Shown here: positions 28,482-37,358 of the stretch, in pieces
Layout: each line of letters begins with the position of its first letter
Position numbering within the stretch: the stretch's first letter is position 1
Assembly: GCA_023427945.1 (NCBI GenBank)
Contig: JAEYZR010000188.1
Span: 1 to 50,119 of the forward strand
Source: Pseudomonadota bacterium
GTDB taxonomy: Bacteria > Pseudomonadota > Gammaproteobacteria > Burkholderiales > Burkholderiaceae_B
Direction: 5' to 3'
Length of the DNA stretch: 50,119 nt
The notes under the pieces: model-generated
What the model saw: the letters and a program-made list of their open reading frames with translations, nothing else
Database searches by the model: none
What the model was told of the DNA's origin: nothing
Program-made: the position numbers and the translations under genes

Positions 28482-29450
28482 TCATTCAGCTTTCAGATTG
28501 ACCTCACGCACGATACGCGAGGCAACTTCGTGGTCTTTCTTGATCACAGCGGCGTACTCCTGCAGGCTTTGCTGCATGGCCATACCGCCCATGCCGGCCA
28601 CACGGTCTTTGACAGCGGGTTGACCCAGCACCGCCTGTGTCTCGGTGTTCAGACGCTGCACAATGGAAGCCGGCGTGCCCTTCGGTGCGAACATGCCTAC
28701 CCAGGCCATGCTGGCATAGCCCGGCATGCCGGATTCCGCCACCGCCGGCACGTCCGGCAGCGTGGGCCAGCGCTCGGCCGACGTCACGGCCAGGGCGCGC
28801 AGGTTGCCCGCCTGGATGTGTGGCAAGGCGGCCACCAGCGAGGCGACGACAACGGGAATCTGTCCGCCGATGGCATCGGTGATGGACGGTCCCGCACCCC
28901 GGTAGGCGACGTGGATGAGCTTCACGTCGGCAGCACGTTGCAGCATCTCGCCGGCAATGTGGTTGGACGCGCCAATGCCCGATGTGCCGTAGGGGATGGT
29001 GCCCGGATTCTTGCGTGCATCGTCCAGCAGGTCACCCAGCGTCTGGTACTTGGAGTTCTTGGGCACGACGATGACCGACGGGCCTTCCATCAGGTTGGCC
29101 ACCGGAATGAAGTCGTCCAGGGTGTAGCCGGGGTTGGCAAACAGCGACGTGTTGATCGTGTGGTTGTTGGCGGTGAGCAGGATGGTGTAGCCATCTGCGG
29201 GCGAGCGCGATACGAACTGCGTGGCCACGTTGCCGCCTGCCCCGGGCTTGTTCTCCACGACGACAGATTGTCCTAGACGCTGGCCCAGGCCTTCGGCCAC
29301 GATGCGTGCCATGTTGTCCACACTGCCGCCCGGCGCCACGACCACGACAAAACGGATCGGCTTGGTGGGATAGGCAGGTTCTGATGCGAAGGCCGGCGCG
29401 CACAGGGAAAGCGCGAGCGCCCCGAGCAAAGTACGTCTGGAAAGCTGCAT
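28482..29450 (-). CDS. Bug/TctC substrate-binding protein
   Basis: YPTKPIRFVVVVAPGGSVD and VVENKPGAGG motifs. Confidence 0.94.
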   Translation of the reverse strand: MQLSRRTLLGALALSLCAPAFASEPAYPTKPIRFVVVVAPGGSVDNMARIVAEGLGQRLGQSVVVENKPGAGGNVATQFVSRSPADGYTILLTANNHTINTSLFANPGYTLDDFIPVANLMEGPSVIVVPKNSKYQTLGDLLDDARKNPGTIPYGTSGIGASNHIAGEMLQRAADVKLIHVAYRGAGPSITDAIGGQIPVVVASLVAALPHIQAGNLRALAVTSAERWPTLPDVPAVAESGMPGYASMAWVGMFAPKGTPASIVQRLNTETQAVLGQPAVKDRVAGMGGMAMQQSLQEYAAVIKKDHEVASRIVREVNLKAE

Positions 29451-29517
29451 GACTGTCTCCTTGGAGTTTTGATTTTTAGGTTGATTGTCAGTTTGTCATG
29501 CCATCCTAACACGAAAG

Positions 29518-29537
29518 TTGTATAACCGTCATACAAT
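29518..29537 (-). promoter_or_regulatory. Putative operator (ATTGTATGACGGTTATACAA) upstream of Bug gene
   Basis: TTGTAT-N7-ATACAA inverted repeat; shares the ATTGTATGAYGR core with two other promoters. Confidence 0.55.
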
Positions 29538-29541
29538 CACA

Positions 29542-30438
29542 TCAAAGATTACCCGATGATGGGACAGGCGCACAGGTATTGACCGCCATGTCCACCAGCG
29601 CCTGAGCCAGCGGCGAGCGCACGCTGGCACGGGTCCACACGATGCCGACCTGTCGTTCCAGGTGCGGTTCGGGCAGGGCCCAGCGCTTGAAGACAGGGTG
29701 GCTTTTATCCGTCACCAGCCAGTCGGGCAGGACAGAGACGCCCAGCCCTTCGGCTACCAGCTTGGCAATCGATTCGATGCCGTCCAGCTCGAACCGCACA
29801 TGCGGGCGCACCCCGTGATGCAGCAGGTAGTCCTCGGCCAGCTTGCCTGCCACCACGCCTCGGTCATAGCGGATGTAGGGCTCGGCGCCCAGCGTCTTCA
29901 ATGGATCGTCGACCCGCATGTCGGCCGGGGTGAGCAGGATCAGGCGCTCGGTGCGCAGCCCTTTCCAGCCCAGCGTCTTGGGCAACTCGAACAGAGGATG
30001 CACGAGAATGGCCGCGTCCAGATGGTGGTCCAGCACGCGTTGATACAGCACCGTGCTTTGCGCGGGCTCGATGTAGACCTCGATGTTCGGATAGGTCTGC
30101 ACCCACTGGCGCAGCACCGGCGGAAGAATTTCCACCAGCCCGGTCGGCGTCGCGCCCAGTCTCAGCGGACCTGCTGGCAGATGGGTATCCGATGCCACTG
30201 AGCGCAGGTCGCGCAGCTCGTCCAGCACCCGCCGGGCACGCTCGAGGATGCGGCTGCCCGCAATGGTGGGTTGCACGGTGCGCCCCGAACGCCGGATCAG
30301 GCTACTGCCAAGCTCGGCTTCCAGCGCCTTGATGCGTTGAGCGACCGACGCTGGCGTGAGATCCAGCCGCCGGGCTGCCCCCGCAATCGAGCCCGTTTCG
30401 ACCACATACAGAAAACTTTGAAGAAACCGCGTATCCAT
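29542..30438 (-). CDS. LysR family transcriptional regulator
   Basis: MDTRFLQSFLYVVETGSIAGAARRL HTH. Confidence 0.93.
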   Translation of the reverse strand: MDTRFLQSFLYVVETGSIAGAARRLDLTPASVAQRIKALEAELGSSLIRRSGRTVQPTIAGSRILERARRVLDELRDLRSVASDTHLPAGPLRLGATPTGLVEILPPVLRQWVQTYPNIEVYIEPAQSTVLYQRVLDHHLDAAILVHPLFELPKTLGWKGLRTERLILLTPADMRVDDPLKTLGAEPYIRYDRGVVAGKLAEDYLLHHGVRPHVRFELDGIESIAKLVAEGLGVSVLPDWLVTDKSHPVFKRWALPEPHLERQVGIVWTRASVRSPLAQALVDMAVNTCAPVPSSGNL

Positions 30439-30515
30439 CGTCCCCTCCCTGCCGCCGCACGGCACATGGAGGGGATCTTAGCGCTGTCATCGACACAGCC
30501 GGCACGACAAGGGAT

Positions 30516-31493
30516 TCACTCCACGCGTGCGCCGGTCGCACGAATGAGATTCCCCCACTTCTCGATTTCCTTTTTCTGGAATTCGGCAAACTGCGCAGGC
30601 GGCATGGCCGAAGGCTGCACGCCCATGTCTTCCAGTCGGGCACGGATCTCCGGCGAGTTGATGACTGCCGCGATCTGTTTGTAGATTTCTTCGACGACAG
30701 GCTTGGGTGTGTTGGCCGGCGCAAAAATCGCTTGCCAGGCCTGCACCTCATAATCGGCCACGCCGGCCTCCTGCATGGTGGGCACATCGGGCAAGGCCTT
30801 CAAGCGTTGCGACGACGTGACGGCAAGTGCGCGCAGACGCCCGCCCTGCACCTGCGGAACGACGGCCGGTCCCTCGAACATGAAATCCACCTGCTGTCCG
30901 ATCACATCGGGAACCGCCGAGCGGCCCGAATAAGGCGCATGCAGCAATTTGATCCCGGCGGACTGCTCCAGCAGCACCCCCGACAGATGCTGTGTGGTGC
31001 CGATGCCCGAGGACGCATAGGAAATCGTGCCGGGCTTGGCGCGCGCGGCGGCAATCAGGTCCTGCACCGATTTGAACGGACTCTCGGAGGAGACCACCAG
31101 CGTATTGCCATTCATGCCGATGATGGTGATGGGCTCGAACGACTTGACGGCATCGTACTGAATGTCCTTGAACAGGCCCGGGTTGATCGCATGCGTGGCG
31201 ATGCTCGCACCCAGCAAGGTGTAGCCGTCGGGTTTGGCCTGGGCGGCATAGGCCGAGCCAATCATTCCTGTCGCACCGGCCCGGTTCTCCACCACGACCG
31301 TCTGCTTGACGGCCTCACCCAGCTTCTGGGCAATGATGCGCCCCAGGACATCGGTGTTGCTGCCGGGTGCAAAGGCGATGATGTAGGTGATGGGTCGGGT
31401 GGGCCATTGACTGGCCCAGGTGACGGTGGGCATACCCAATGCGCCGGTCAGTGCGCTCGCGGTTCCTGCGACCAGAAATGATCTGCGGTCCAT
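30516..31493 (-). CDS. Bug/TctC substrate-binding protein
   Basis: RRSFL Tat-like signal; FAPGSNTD and VVENRAGA motifs. Confidence 0.94.
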   Translation of the reverse strand: MDRRSFLVAGTASALTGALGMPTVTWASQWPTRPITYIIAFAPGSNTDVLGRIIAQKLGEAVKQTVVVENRAGATGMIGSAYAAQAKPDGYTLLGASIATHAINPGLFKDIQYDAVKSFEPITIIGMNGNTLVVSSESPFKSVQDLIAAARAKPGTISYASSGIGTTQHLSGVLLEQSAGIKLLHAPYSGRSAVPDVIGQQVDFMFEGPAVVPQVQGGRLRALAVTSSQRLKALPDVPTMQEAGVADYEVQAWQAIFAPANTPKPVVEEIYKQIAAVINSPEIRARLEDMGVQPSAMPPAQFAEFQKKEIEKWGNLIRATGARVE

Positions 31494-31525
31494 TTTCTTT
31501 GTCTCCTGGGCTTGTTGTCATGATG

Positions 31526-32650
31526 TCAACGAACGGTGCGCCATTCTGCGTAGCGCTTCACCACTGATTCTTCGAAGTCGAACCCCAGGCCGGGGTCCTG
31601 ACGCAGCAGCACCCGCCCGTCCTTGTGTTCGAGCTGGCGATCCACCAGCTTGCGGAAGTTCAGGACCTGGTCATCCCAGAAGAACTCGACATAACGGGCA
31701 TTGGGCGTGGCCGCGACCAGCGGTGCGTGCAGGTCGTGGAACCAATGGGGGCACACGACCACGCCGTAACTGGCGGCCGTGGCCGAGATGCGGCGCCATT
31801 CGGTAATGCCGCCGCATACCGCGGCGTCGTGCTGCAGGATCGCAGCCGCATTCTTCTCCAGCAGCTCCTTGTGATACCAGCGACCGTAACCGATCTCGGC
31901 GGTGGCCACGGGGATGCGCGTGAGCCTGGCCAGCTTGGCGTGGCTGTCCACGTCATCCGGAAAGAAGGGTTCCTCCAGGAAGTAGGGGTCATATTGTTCG
32001 AAGCGGCGCACGTACTGCATGGCCTGCGTGGTGTCGCGCCAGGCGTTGTTCATGTCCATCATCACTTCGACATCGGGGCCGACGGCTTCGCGCACGGCAC
32101 GCAGGCGCGCCTCCTCTTCGGCTGGCGAGAGGCGTCCTGATTTCATCTTGACGGCATTGAATCCCTTGGCCACGTAGCTGGCCATCTCCTCGCCCAGCAT
32201 CTCAGGCGTCTTGCCATCCAGGTAGTAGCCACCGCTGGCGTAGGCCGGAACCGATTCCAGTTCATAGGCGCCCAGGAAGCGATGCAGGGGCAGCCCGGCG
32301 GCACGCGCATTCAGATCCCACAGCGCGGTATCCAGCGCACTGATGGCGCGCATGACGGTTCCTGCCCGCCCTTGCAGGATGGACTCGTTGAACATCGACT
32401 CCCACAAGCGTTCCACCGCATGGGAATCCTGGCCGATCAGCACGGGTGCAAGCAGTTGTTCGACCGCCGTGACGAACAGTTCGCCGCCGGCACTGCCCAC
32501 ATAACAAAAACCAATGCCCTCGATGCCGTCGGTGCAACGCACCTTGACCAGACCGTAGTACCGGGTGCTCACGGTACGGGTGGAGAACGACGTCACCTTG
32601 TCCAGCGGAACCGCCGCGCAGCAGACATCGATCGACAGAATTTTTGGCAT
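31526..32650 (-). CDS. Mandelate racemase/muconate lactonizing enzyme (enolase superfamily) protein
   Basis: ISALDTALWDL, KxK (KMK), metal ligands D(MN), EEP and E; CGGITE. Confidence 0.92.
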   Translation of the reverse strand: MPKILSIDVCCAAVPLDKVTSFSTRTVSTRYYGLVKVRCTDGIEGIGFCYVGSAGGELFVTAVEQLLAPVLIGQDSHAVERLWESMFNESILQGRAGTVMRAISALDTALWDLNARAAGLPLHRFLGAYELESVPAYASGGYYLDGKTPEMLGEEMASYVAKGFNAVKMKSGRLSPAEEEARLRAVREAVGPDVEVMMDMNNAWRDTTQAMQYVRRFEQYDPYFLEEPFFPDDVDSHAKLARLTRIPVATAEIGYGRWYHKELLEKNAAAILQHDAAVCGGITEWRRISATAASYGVVVCPHWFHDLHAPLVAATPNARYVEFFWDDQVLNFRKLVDRQLEHKDGRVLLRQDPGLGFDFEESVVKRYAEWRTVR

Positions 32651-32846
32651 GAAAGAACTCCCTGGTTGCGTCATTGGCCGGGTGACCGGCCCAATGCGCC
32701 ATAGTGGAGCGATTCAGGCAACAAAAAAATGATCGTTTGGCATCTACTGAAGATGGAAAATGTTTCTTCTTGCCATCGACACCCGCGTATCGCCGTCCGC
32801 AACCAGACACCCGGCGACGAAGTGGGGCCGAGGTCTGCATGGCTGC

Positions 32847-33782
32847 CTATGCTGTTTTCGAACCGCCCGGGCGGCGTCGGGCCCAGTCCTGATGCTCGTT
32901 GGCAGCAGACTTCGCCACGCTGCGCACGATGGAAGCAAAGGCCGCCACAGCAGGCGCACGCTCCCTGTCATCGATCCAGATGAGTCCGGGCATGCGGGTC
33001 ATGGTGGGTGCTTCCAGGGCAATGGCATGCAGCCCCTTGCGCCCCCGCCAGGCACTGCGCGACACGATGGCAGCCAGCGTGGTCTGCTCCACCAGTGCCA
33101 GTATGGCCGTGAGCGACACCATTTCCACGGCAATCACCGGTTGCGCGCCCGAGGCCTTGAACACCTCGTCGATCTGCTGGCGGGTGGTGAACTTTTGTGG
33201 CGGCAGGACCAGCTCGCGGCAATGCAGTTCTGCCATGCGCACATGGCGCCGCCGTGCATACGGATGACGGTCGCCCACCACCAGAATCATCTCTTCGGTG
33301 TAGAGCGGCTCGAACACGATGCCTTCCAGCACAGGTGGCCGGTAAGCCATGACCAGATCCAGCCGCCCCGCCCGCATGGCGCCGATCAAGGCGTCGCCAG
33401 TGTCTTCCTCGACGGTCACATGCACCGAGGGGTGATCCTGGACATACAGGCCCACGCAACGCGGCACGATCTCCATGTTCAGCGTGGGCGTGGTGCCCAG
33501 GCGCAGCTCGCCCGACAGATCGTTCTGCAGCGTGTTCATCAAGGCAATGCCGTTGTCGATTTCGCCCAGGGCCTTGATCGCCTTGGCGAGAAACAGTTCA
33601 CCCGCCGCGGTAATGACCACACGCCGGTCGGAACGATCGAACAGCCGCTGTCCGAGTTCTTCCTCCAGTTGCCCGATCTGATGCGACAGCGTCGATTGCG
33701 TCACGTGCACCTGTGCGGCCGCCTGCGTGAAATTCAGGCGTTCGGCCAATGCCAGGAAATAGCGGAGATGTCTCAACTCCAT
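32847..33782 (-). CDS. LysR family transcriptional regulator (CynR-like)
   Basis: MELRHLRYFLALAERLNFTQAA...QSTLSHQI. Confidence 0.93.
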   Translation of the reverse strand: MELRHLRYFLALAERLNFTQAAAQVHVTQSTLSHQIGQLEEELGQRLFDRSDRRVVITAAGELFLAKAIKALGEIDNGIALMNTLQNDLSGELRLGTTPTLNMEIVPRCVGLYVQDHPSVHVTVEEDTGDALIGAMRAGRLDLVMAYRPPVLEGIVFEPLYTEEMILVVGDRHPYARRRHVRMAELHCRELVLPPQKFTTRQQIDEVFKASGAQPVIAVEMVSLTAILALVEQTTLAAIVSRSAWRGRKGLHAIALEAPTMTRMPGLIWIDDRERAPAVAAFASIVRSVAKSAANEHQDWARRRPGGSKTA

Positions 33783-33943
33783 TGCGTCAAAGCCTGAATC
33801 ACGTTGGACAGCATGGCGGATGCACCCCTGTTTTTCTCTATCGATGGCGTCGATCATGTTCAACGAAATTTGCCATTAGCCGTGCTGCGCCCGTCTGCCT
33901 ATCATGGGGAAAACAAAGTCCACACGACAACAAGGACGGAGAC

Positions 33944-34933
33944 ATGCACACACTTTATGGCCGTGCTGCAGCACTGCGCATGGGGCTGACGCTCACCCTG
34001 AGCCTGTTCTGCACGACCGGCGCGCAGGCAGCCGACTACCCCGACCGTCCCATTACGATCGTCGTCCCCGCAGCCCCCGGTGGCGGCGGCGATTTCACCG
34101 CCCGCCTGCTGGCCGATGGCCTCGCCAGACAGATAGGCCAGAGCGTCGTGGTGGAAAACCGCGCCGGTGCCAGCGGCAACATCGCAGCTCAATATGTAGC
34201 ACGCGCCAAGGCCGACGGCTACACCTTGCTGCTGGCCTACTCGGGCACCCACGTCGCCAATCCCGCCCTGTTCCCCGACTTGCAGTGGGATCCCATCAAG
34301 AGCTTTGCGCCCGTGTCGCTGGTGATCACCGCGCCGCAGGTCGTGGTGGTGAACGAGAAACTGCCGGTGACCGACCTGAAGGGCCTGATCGACTACGCCA
34401 GACAGCATCCCGGCCAGGTGAACTACGCATCTTCGGGCGTCGGCTCGGTGCAGCACATCGGCTCCGAACTGCTGGCCTTGCGCACGGGCACCCAGATGAC
34501 GCACGTGCCTTACAAGGGCGCGGGCGCAGCCATGACAGACCTGCTCTCCGGGCAAGTCAGCCTGCTCATCACGACGCCACCTGCGGTCGTGGGCTATCTG
34601 AAGGCCGGGTCGCTGCGCGCACTGGCCATTGCCAGCAAGCAGCGCCATCCCCTGCTGCCGGACGTACCCACGACATCGGAGGCCGGCGTCAAGGACGTCG
34701 AACTCGACGCCTGGTTCGCCATCTACGCCCCTGCCGGCACACCGCCTGGCGCCATCGACAGGCTGGCATCGGCGCTGGAGAAAGTCGTCAGGAGCGCGGA
34801 CTTCAAGCAGCGGGCCGAACAGGCGGGCACCTATGCCACCTACATTGGGCCGCAGGAGCTTGCCCAGTACACCCAATCGCAACTGGCGTATTGGTCCAAG
34901 GTCATCAAGCAGGCCAACATCAAAGTGGATTGA
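33944..34933 (+). CDS. Bug/TctC substrate-binding protein
   Basis: YPDRPITIVVPAAPGGGGD; RBS GGAGA before ATG 33944. Confidence 0.94.
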   Translation: MHTLYGRAAALRMGLTLTLSLFCTTGAQAADYPDRPITIVVPAAPGGGGDFTARLLADGLARQIGQSVVVENRAGASGNIAAQYVARAKADGYTLLLAYSGTHVANPALFPDLQWDPIKSFAPVSLVITAPQVVVVNEKLPVTDLKGLIDYARQHPGQVNYASSGVGSVQHIGSELLALRTGTQMTHVPYKGAGAAMTDLLSGQVSLLITTPPAVVGYLKAGSLRALAIASKQRHPLLPDVPTTSEAGVKDVELDAWFAIYAPAGTPPGAIDRLASALEKVVRSADFKQRAEQAGTYATYIGPQELAQYTQSQLAYWSKVIKQANIKVD

Positions 34934-35053
34934 GCCGTCAGGCTGCCTCACGTGATGCATGACGAGGCATCGTATGCCACGTGAAGCGGCGTCGCGAGCG
35001 CCTGGCAGGCAAGTCTGTCGCCAGACACCCGTGCATCGAGAACCTGGAGATCG

Positions 35054-35842
35054 TTGAACATGCCTTTTCATGCCAAAGCGCCCGCGCGCCTTTACTTCCG
35101 AGTCGACGGCCATCCTGATCGGCCCTTGCTGGTGCTGGGCAATTCGCTGGGCACGGATGTCTTCATGTGGGACCGCCAGATGGAGGCGCTGACCGCACAC
35201 TACCGCGTGCTGCGCATGGACACCCGCGGCCATGGCGCCAGTGACGCAGGGCCCACGGACCCAGGCATCGAAGATCTGGCCGGCGACGTCCTGGCGGTAG
35301 TGGACACGCTGCAGGTCGAGCGTTTTCACTACTGCGGCCTGTCACTGGGTGCAATGGTGGGTCAGTGGCTGGCCATACATGCTGCGCACCGGCTGCACCG
35401 CCTGGTGCTCTCCAGCGCAGCCGCCCACCTGCCCTCGCACGAATCGTGGACGCAACGCATGTCCCTGGTGCGACGCGAAGGCATGGCCGCGCTGGTCGAT
35501 GCGGTGATGCCACGGTTTTTCTCGCAAGCCTACCTGGATCGCAACGAGGCGTTCCTGCAGTCCATGCGCACCAGTTTCCTGGCCACCCCACCCCAGGGCT
35601 ACGCGGCCTGCTGCGCCGCCATCAGAGACGCCGACTTCCGCCCGCACCTGAAGGACATTGCCGTGCCCACCCTGGTGATCGGCGGTGCGTTCGATACCGC
35701 GACACCTGCCGATGTCTATGGACAGGCCCTGCACGAGGGCATTCCAGCTGCCTACTGGGCGCTGCTGCAGGCCGGGCACATCGCCAACGTCGAACAGCCC
35801 GACGCGTTCAACCGCACGGTACTGGAGTTCCTGCGTGCCTGA
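35054..35842 (+). CDS. pcaD: 3-oxoadipate enol-lactonase-like alpha/beta hydrolase
   Basis: GNSLGT, DTRGHGAS, nucleophile GLSLG, GYAACC and HIANVEQP motifs. Start 35054 (TTG) or 35060 (ATG). Confidence 0.82.
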   Translation: MNMPFHAKAPARLYFRVDGHPDRPLLVLGNSLGTDVFMWDRQMEALTAHYRVLRMDTRGHGASDAGPTDPGIEDLAGDVLAVVDTLQVERFHYCGLSLGAMVGQWLAIHAAHRLHRLVLSSAAAHLPSHESWTQRMSLVRREGMAALVDAVMPRFFSQAYLDRNEAFLQSMRTSFLATPPQGYAACCAAIRDADFRPHLKDIAVPTLVIGGAFDTATPADVYGQALHEGIPAAYWALLQAGHIANVEQPDAFNRTVLEFLRA

Positions 35843-35928
35843 GGCGCGTGGATCATGCCGCGCCCGAGACTTTCCGCATTTTTCAAAACCGACTTTGCCC
35901 CACATCCCAACCCACAACGGAGACATCC

Positions 35929-36306
35929 ATGACCGATTCCACCTACGACGCAGGCATGAAAGTGCGCCGCAAGATTCTGGGCGACGCGCACGTCGATCGT
36001 GCCCAGGCCCACATCAACGATCTCAACCGCGAATTCCAGGACCTGATCACACGCTATGGCTGGGGCGAGATCTGGACCCGCCCCGGGTTTGACCATCGCA
36101 CCCGCCGCATTCTCGTTCTGGGCACCATGATGGCACTGGGCCGATGGGAAGAATTCCGCATGCATCTGCGCGCGGCCCTGCGGGATGATTTTTCGCTGGA
36201 CGACATCAAGGAACTGTTCATGCAGCAGGCCATCTATTGCGGCCTGCCCATCAGCAACACCGCGTTCCACCACCTCCAGGACATCATGGACGAACTCAAA
36301 AAATAA
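35929..36306 (+). CDS. pcaC: 4-carboxymuconolactone decarboxylase-like protein
   Basis: GMKVRRKILGDAHVDRA...FQDLITRYGWGEIWTRPG...AIYCGLP; RBS GGAGA. Confidence 0.85.
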   Translation: MTDSTYDAGMKVRRKILGDAHVDRAQAHINDLNREFQDLITRYGWGEIWTRPGFDHRTRRILVLGTMMALGRWEEFRMHLRAALRDDFSLDDIKELFMQQAIYCGLPISNTAFHHLQDIMDELKK

Positions 36307-36347
36307 TCACAGGGTTGCGCGGCCGACTGCGCAGCAAGGAGACTCAC

Positions 36348-37346
36348 ATGAGCATCAAGCCCATCACCGTCTTGTCGCTGGCCTGCGCGCTGGCTGCGAT
36401 GTCGTTCAACCCCGCCCGTGCACAAGCGCCCGCGAACCAGGGCGAACGCGTCTACGACAGGGACTCGCCCATACACATCATCGTGCCGCTGGCAGGCGGC
36501 GGAGGCACCGACACGCTGGCGCGCATCGTGGCCATGAAGCTGCGCGAGGACCTGCGCCAGAACGTGGTCGTGGAGAACCGCCCTGGTGCCGCGGGCAACA
36601 TCGGCGCCGAATACGTCTACCGGGCAACGCCCGATGGCCATACGCTGCTGTTCACCCAACCCGGCCCCATCACCGTGAACCAGTGGCTCTATCCCAGGCT
36701 GGGCTTCGTGCCGGAAGCGTTCGTGCCGGTGGCAACGGCGTCGTTGCAGGACATCATGCTGGCCGTCAATCCCACCTTGCCGGTGAAGGATCTGAACGAG
36801 TTGATCGCCTATGCAAAAGCCCATCCGGGCAAGCTGAACTATGGCTCCAGCGGCGTGGGCACCGCGCCGCATCTGGCCGCAGAGCTTTTCCAGTCGATGG
36901 CCGATGTCAAGATGGTGCACGTCCCGTACAAAGGCAGCGCCGAATCCATGAACGCCACACTGGGCGGACAGGTCGATCTGACATTCTTTGCCTTCAGCTC
37001 TGCCTTGCCGCATGCCCGGGCAGGCAAGGTGCGCGCCCTGGCCGTGGGCGGCACCACCCGCAACGCACAACTGCCGGACATTCCTGCGATTGCCGAGGTC
37101 TTGCCGGGCTACAACTCCGCCTCCTGGACCGGGCTGTTCGCGCCGCCCGGCACACCGGACAGAATCATCAACCGTCTGGCGCAGGCCACCAACAAAGCGC
37201 TTGAAGGCGCCGACGTGCAAAAGCGTCTGCTCGAACACGGCGACGAACCGCTGATCCAGGACAGGCAGAAAATAGCGGAGTTTCTGGCGCAAGACCGCAA
37301 GCGCTGGGAAGATGTCATCCGCACAGTCGGCATACAGGCACAATGA
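36348..37346 (+). CDS. Bug/TctC substrate-binding protein
   Basis: IIVPLAGGGGTD and VVENRPGAAG motifs. Confidence 0.94.
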   Translation: MSIKPITVLSLACALAAMSFNPARAQAPANQGERVYDRDSPIHIIVPLAGGGGTDTLARIVAMKLREDLRQNVVVENRPGAAGNIGAEYVYRATPDGHTLLFTQPGPITVNQWLYPRLGFVPEAFVPVATASLQDIMLAVNPTLPVKDLNELIAYAKAHPGKLNYGSSGVGTAPHLAAELFQSMADVKMVHVPYKGSAESMNATLGGQVDLTFFAFSSALPHARAGKVRALAVGGTTRNAQLPDIPAIAEVLPGYNSASWTGLFAPPGTPDRIINRLAQATNKALEGADVQKRLLEHGDEPLIQDRQKIAEFLAQDRKRWEDVIRTVGIQAQ

Positions 37347-37358
37347 GGTGATGCACAC

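Noticed and set aside
35365..35928. N-terminal extension of PcaC suggesting a PcaD-PcaC (PcaL) fusion
   Set aside because: pcaD has its own stop at 35842 in another frame, and pcaC has its own RBS and ATG at 35929.
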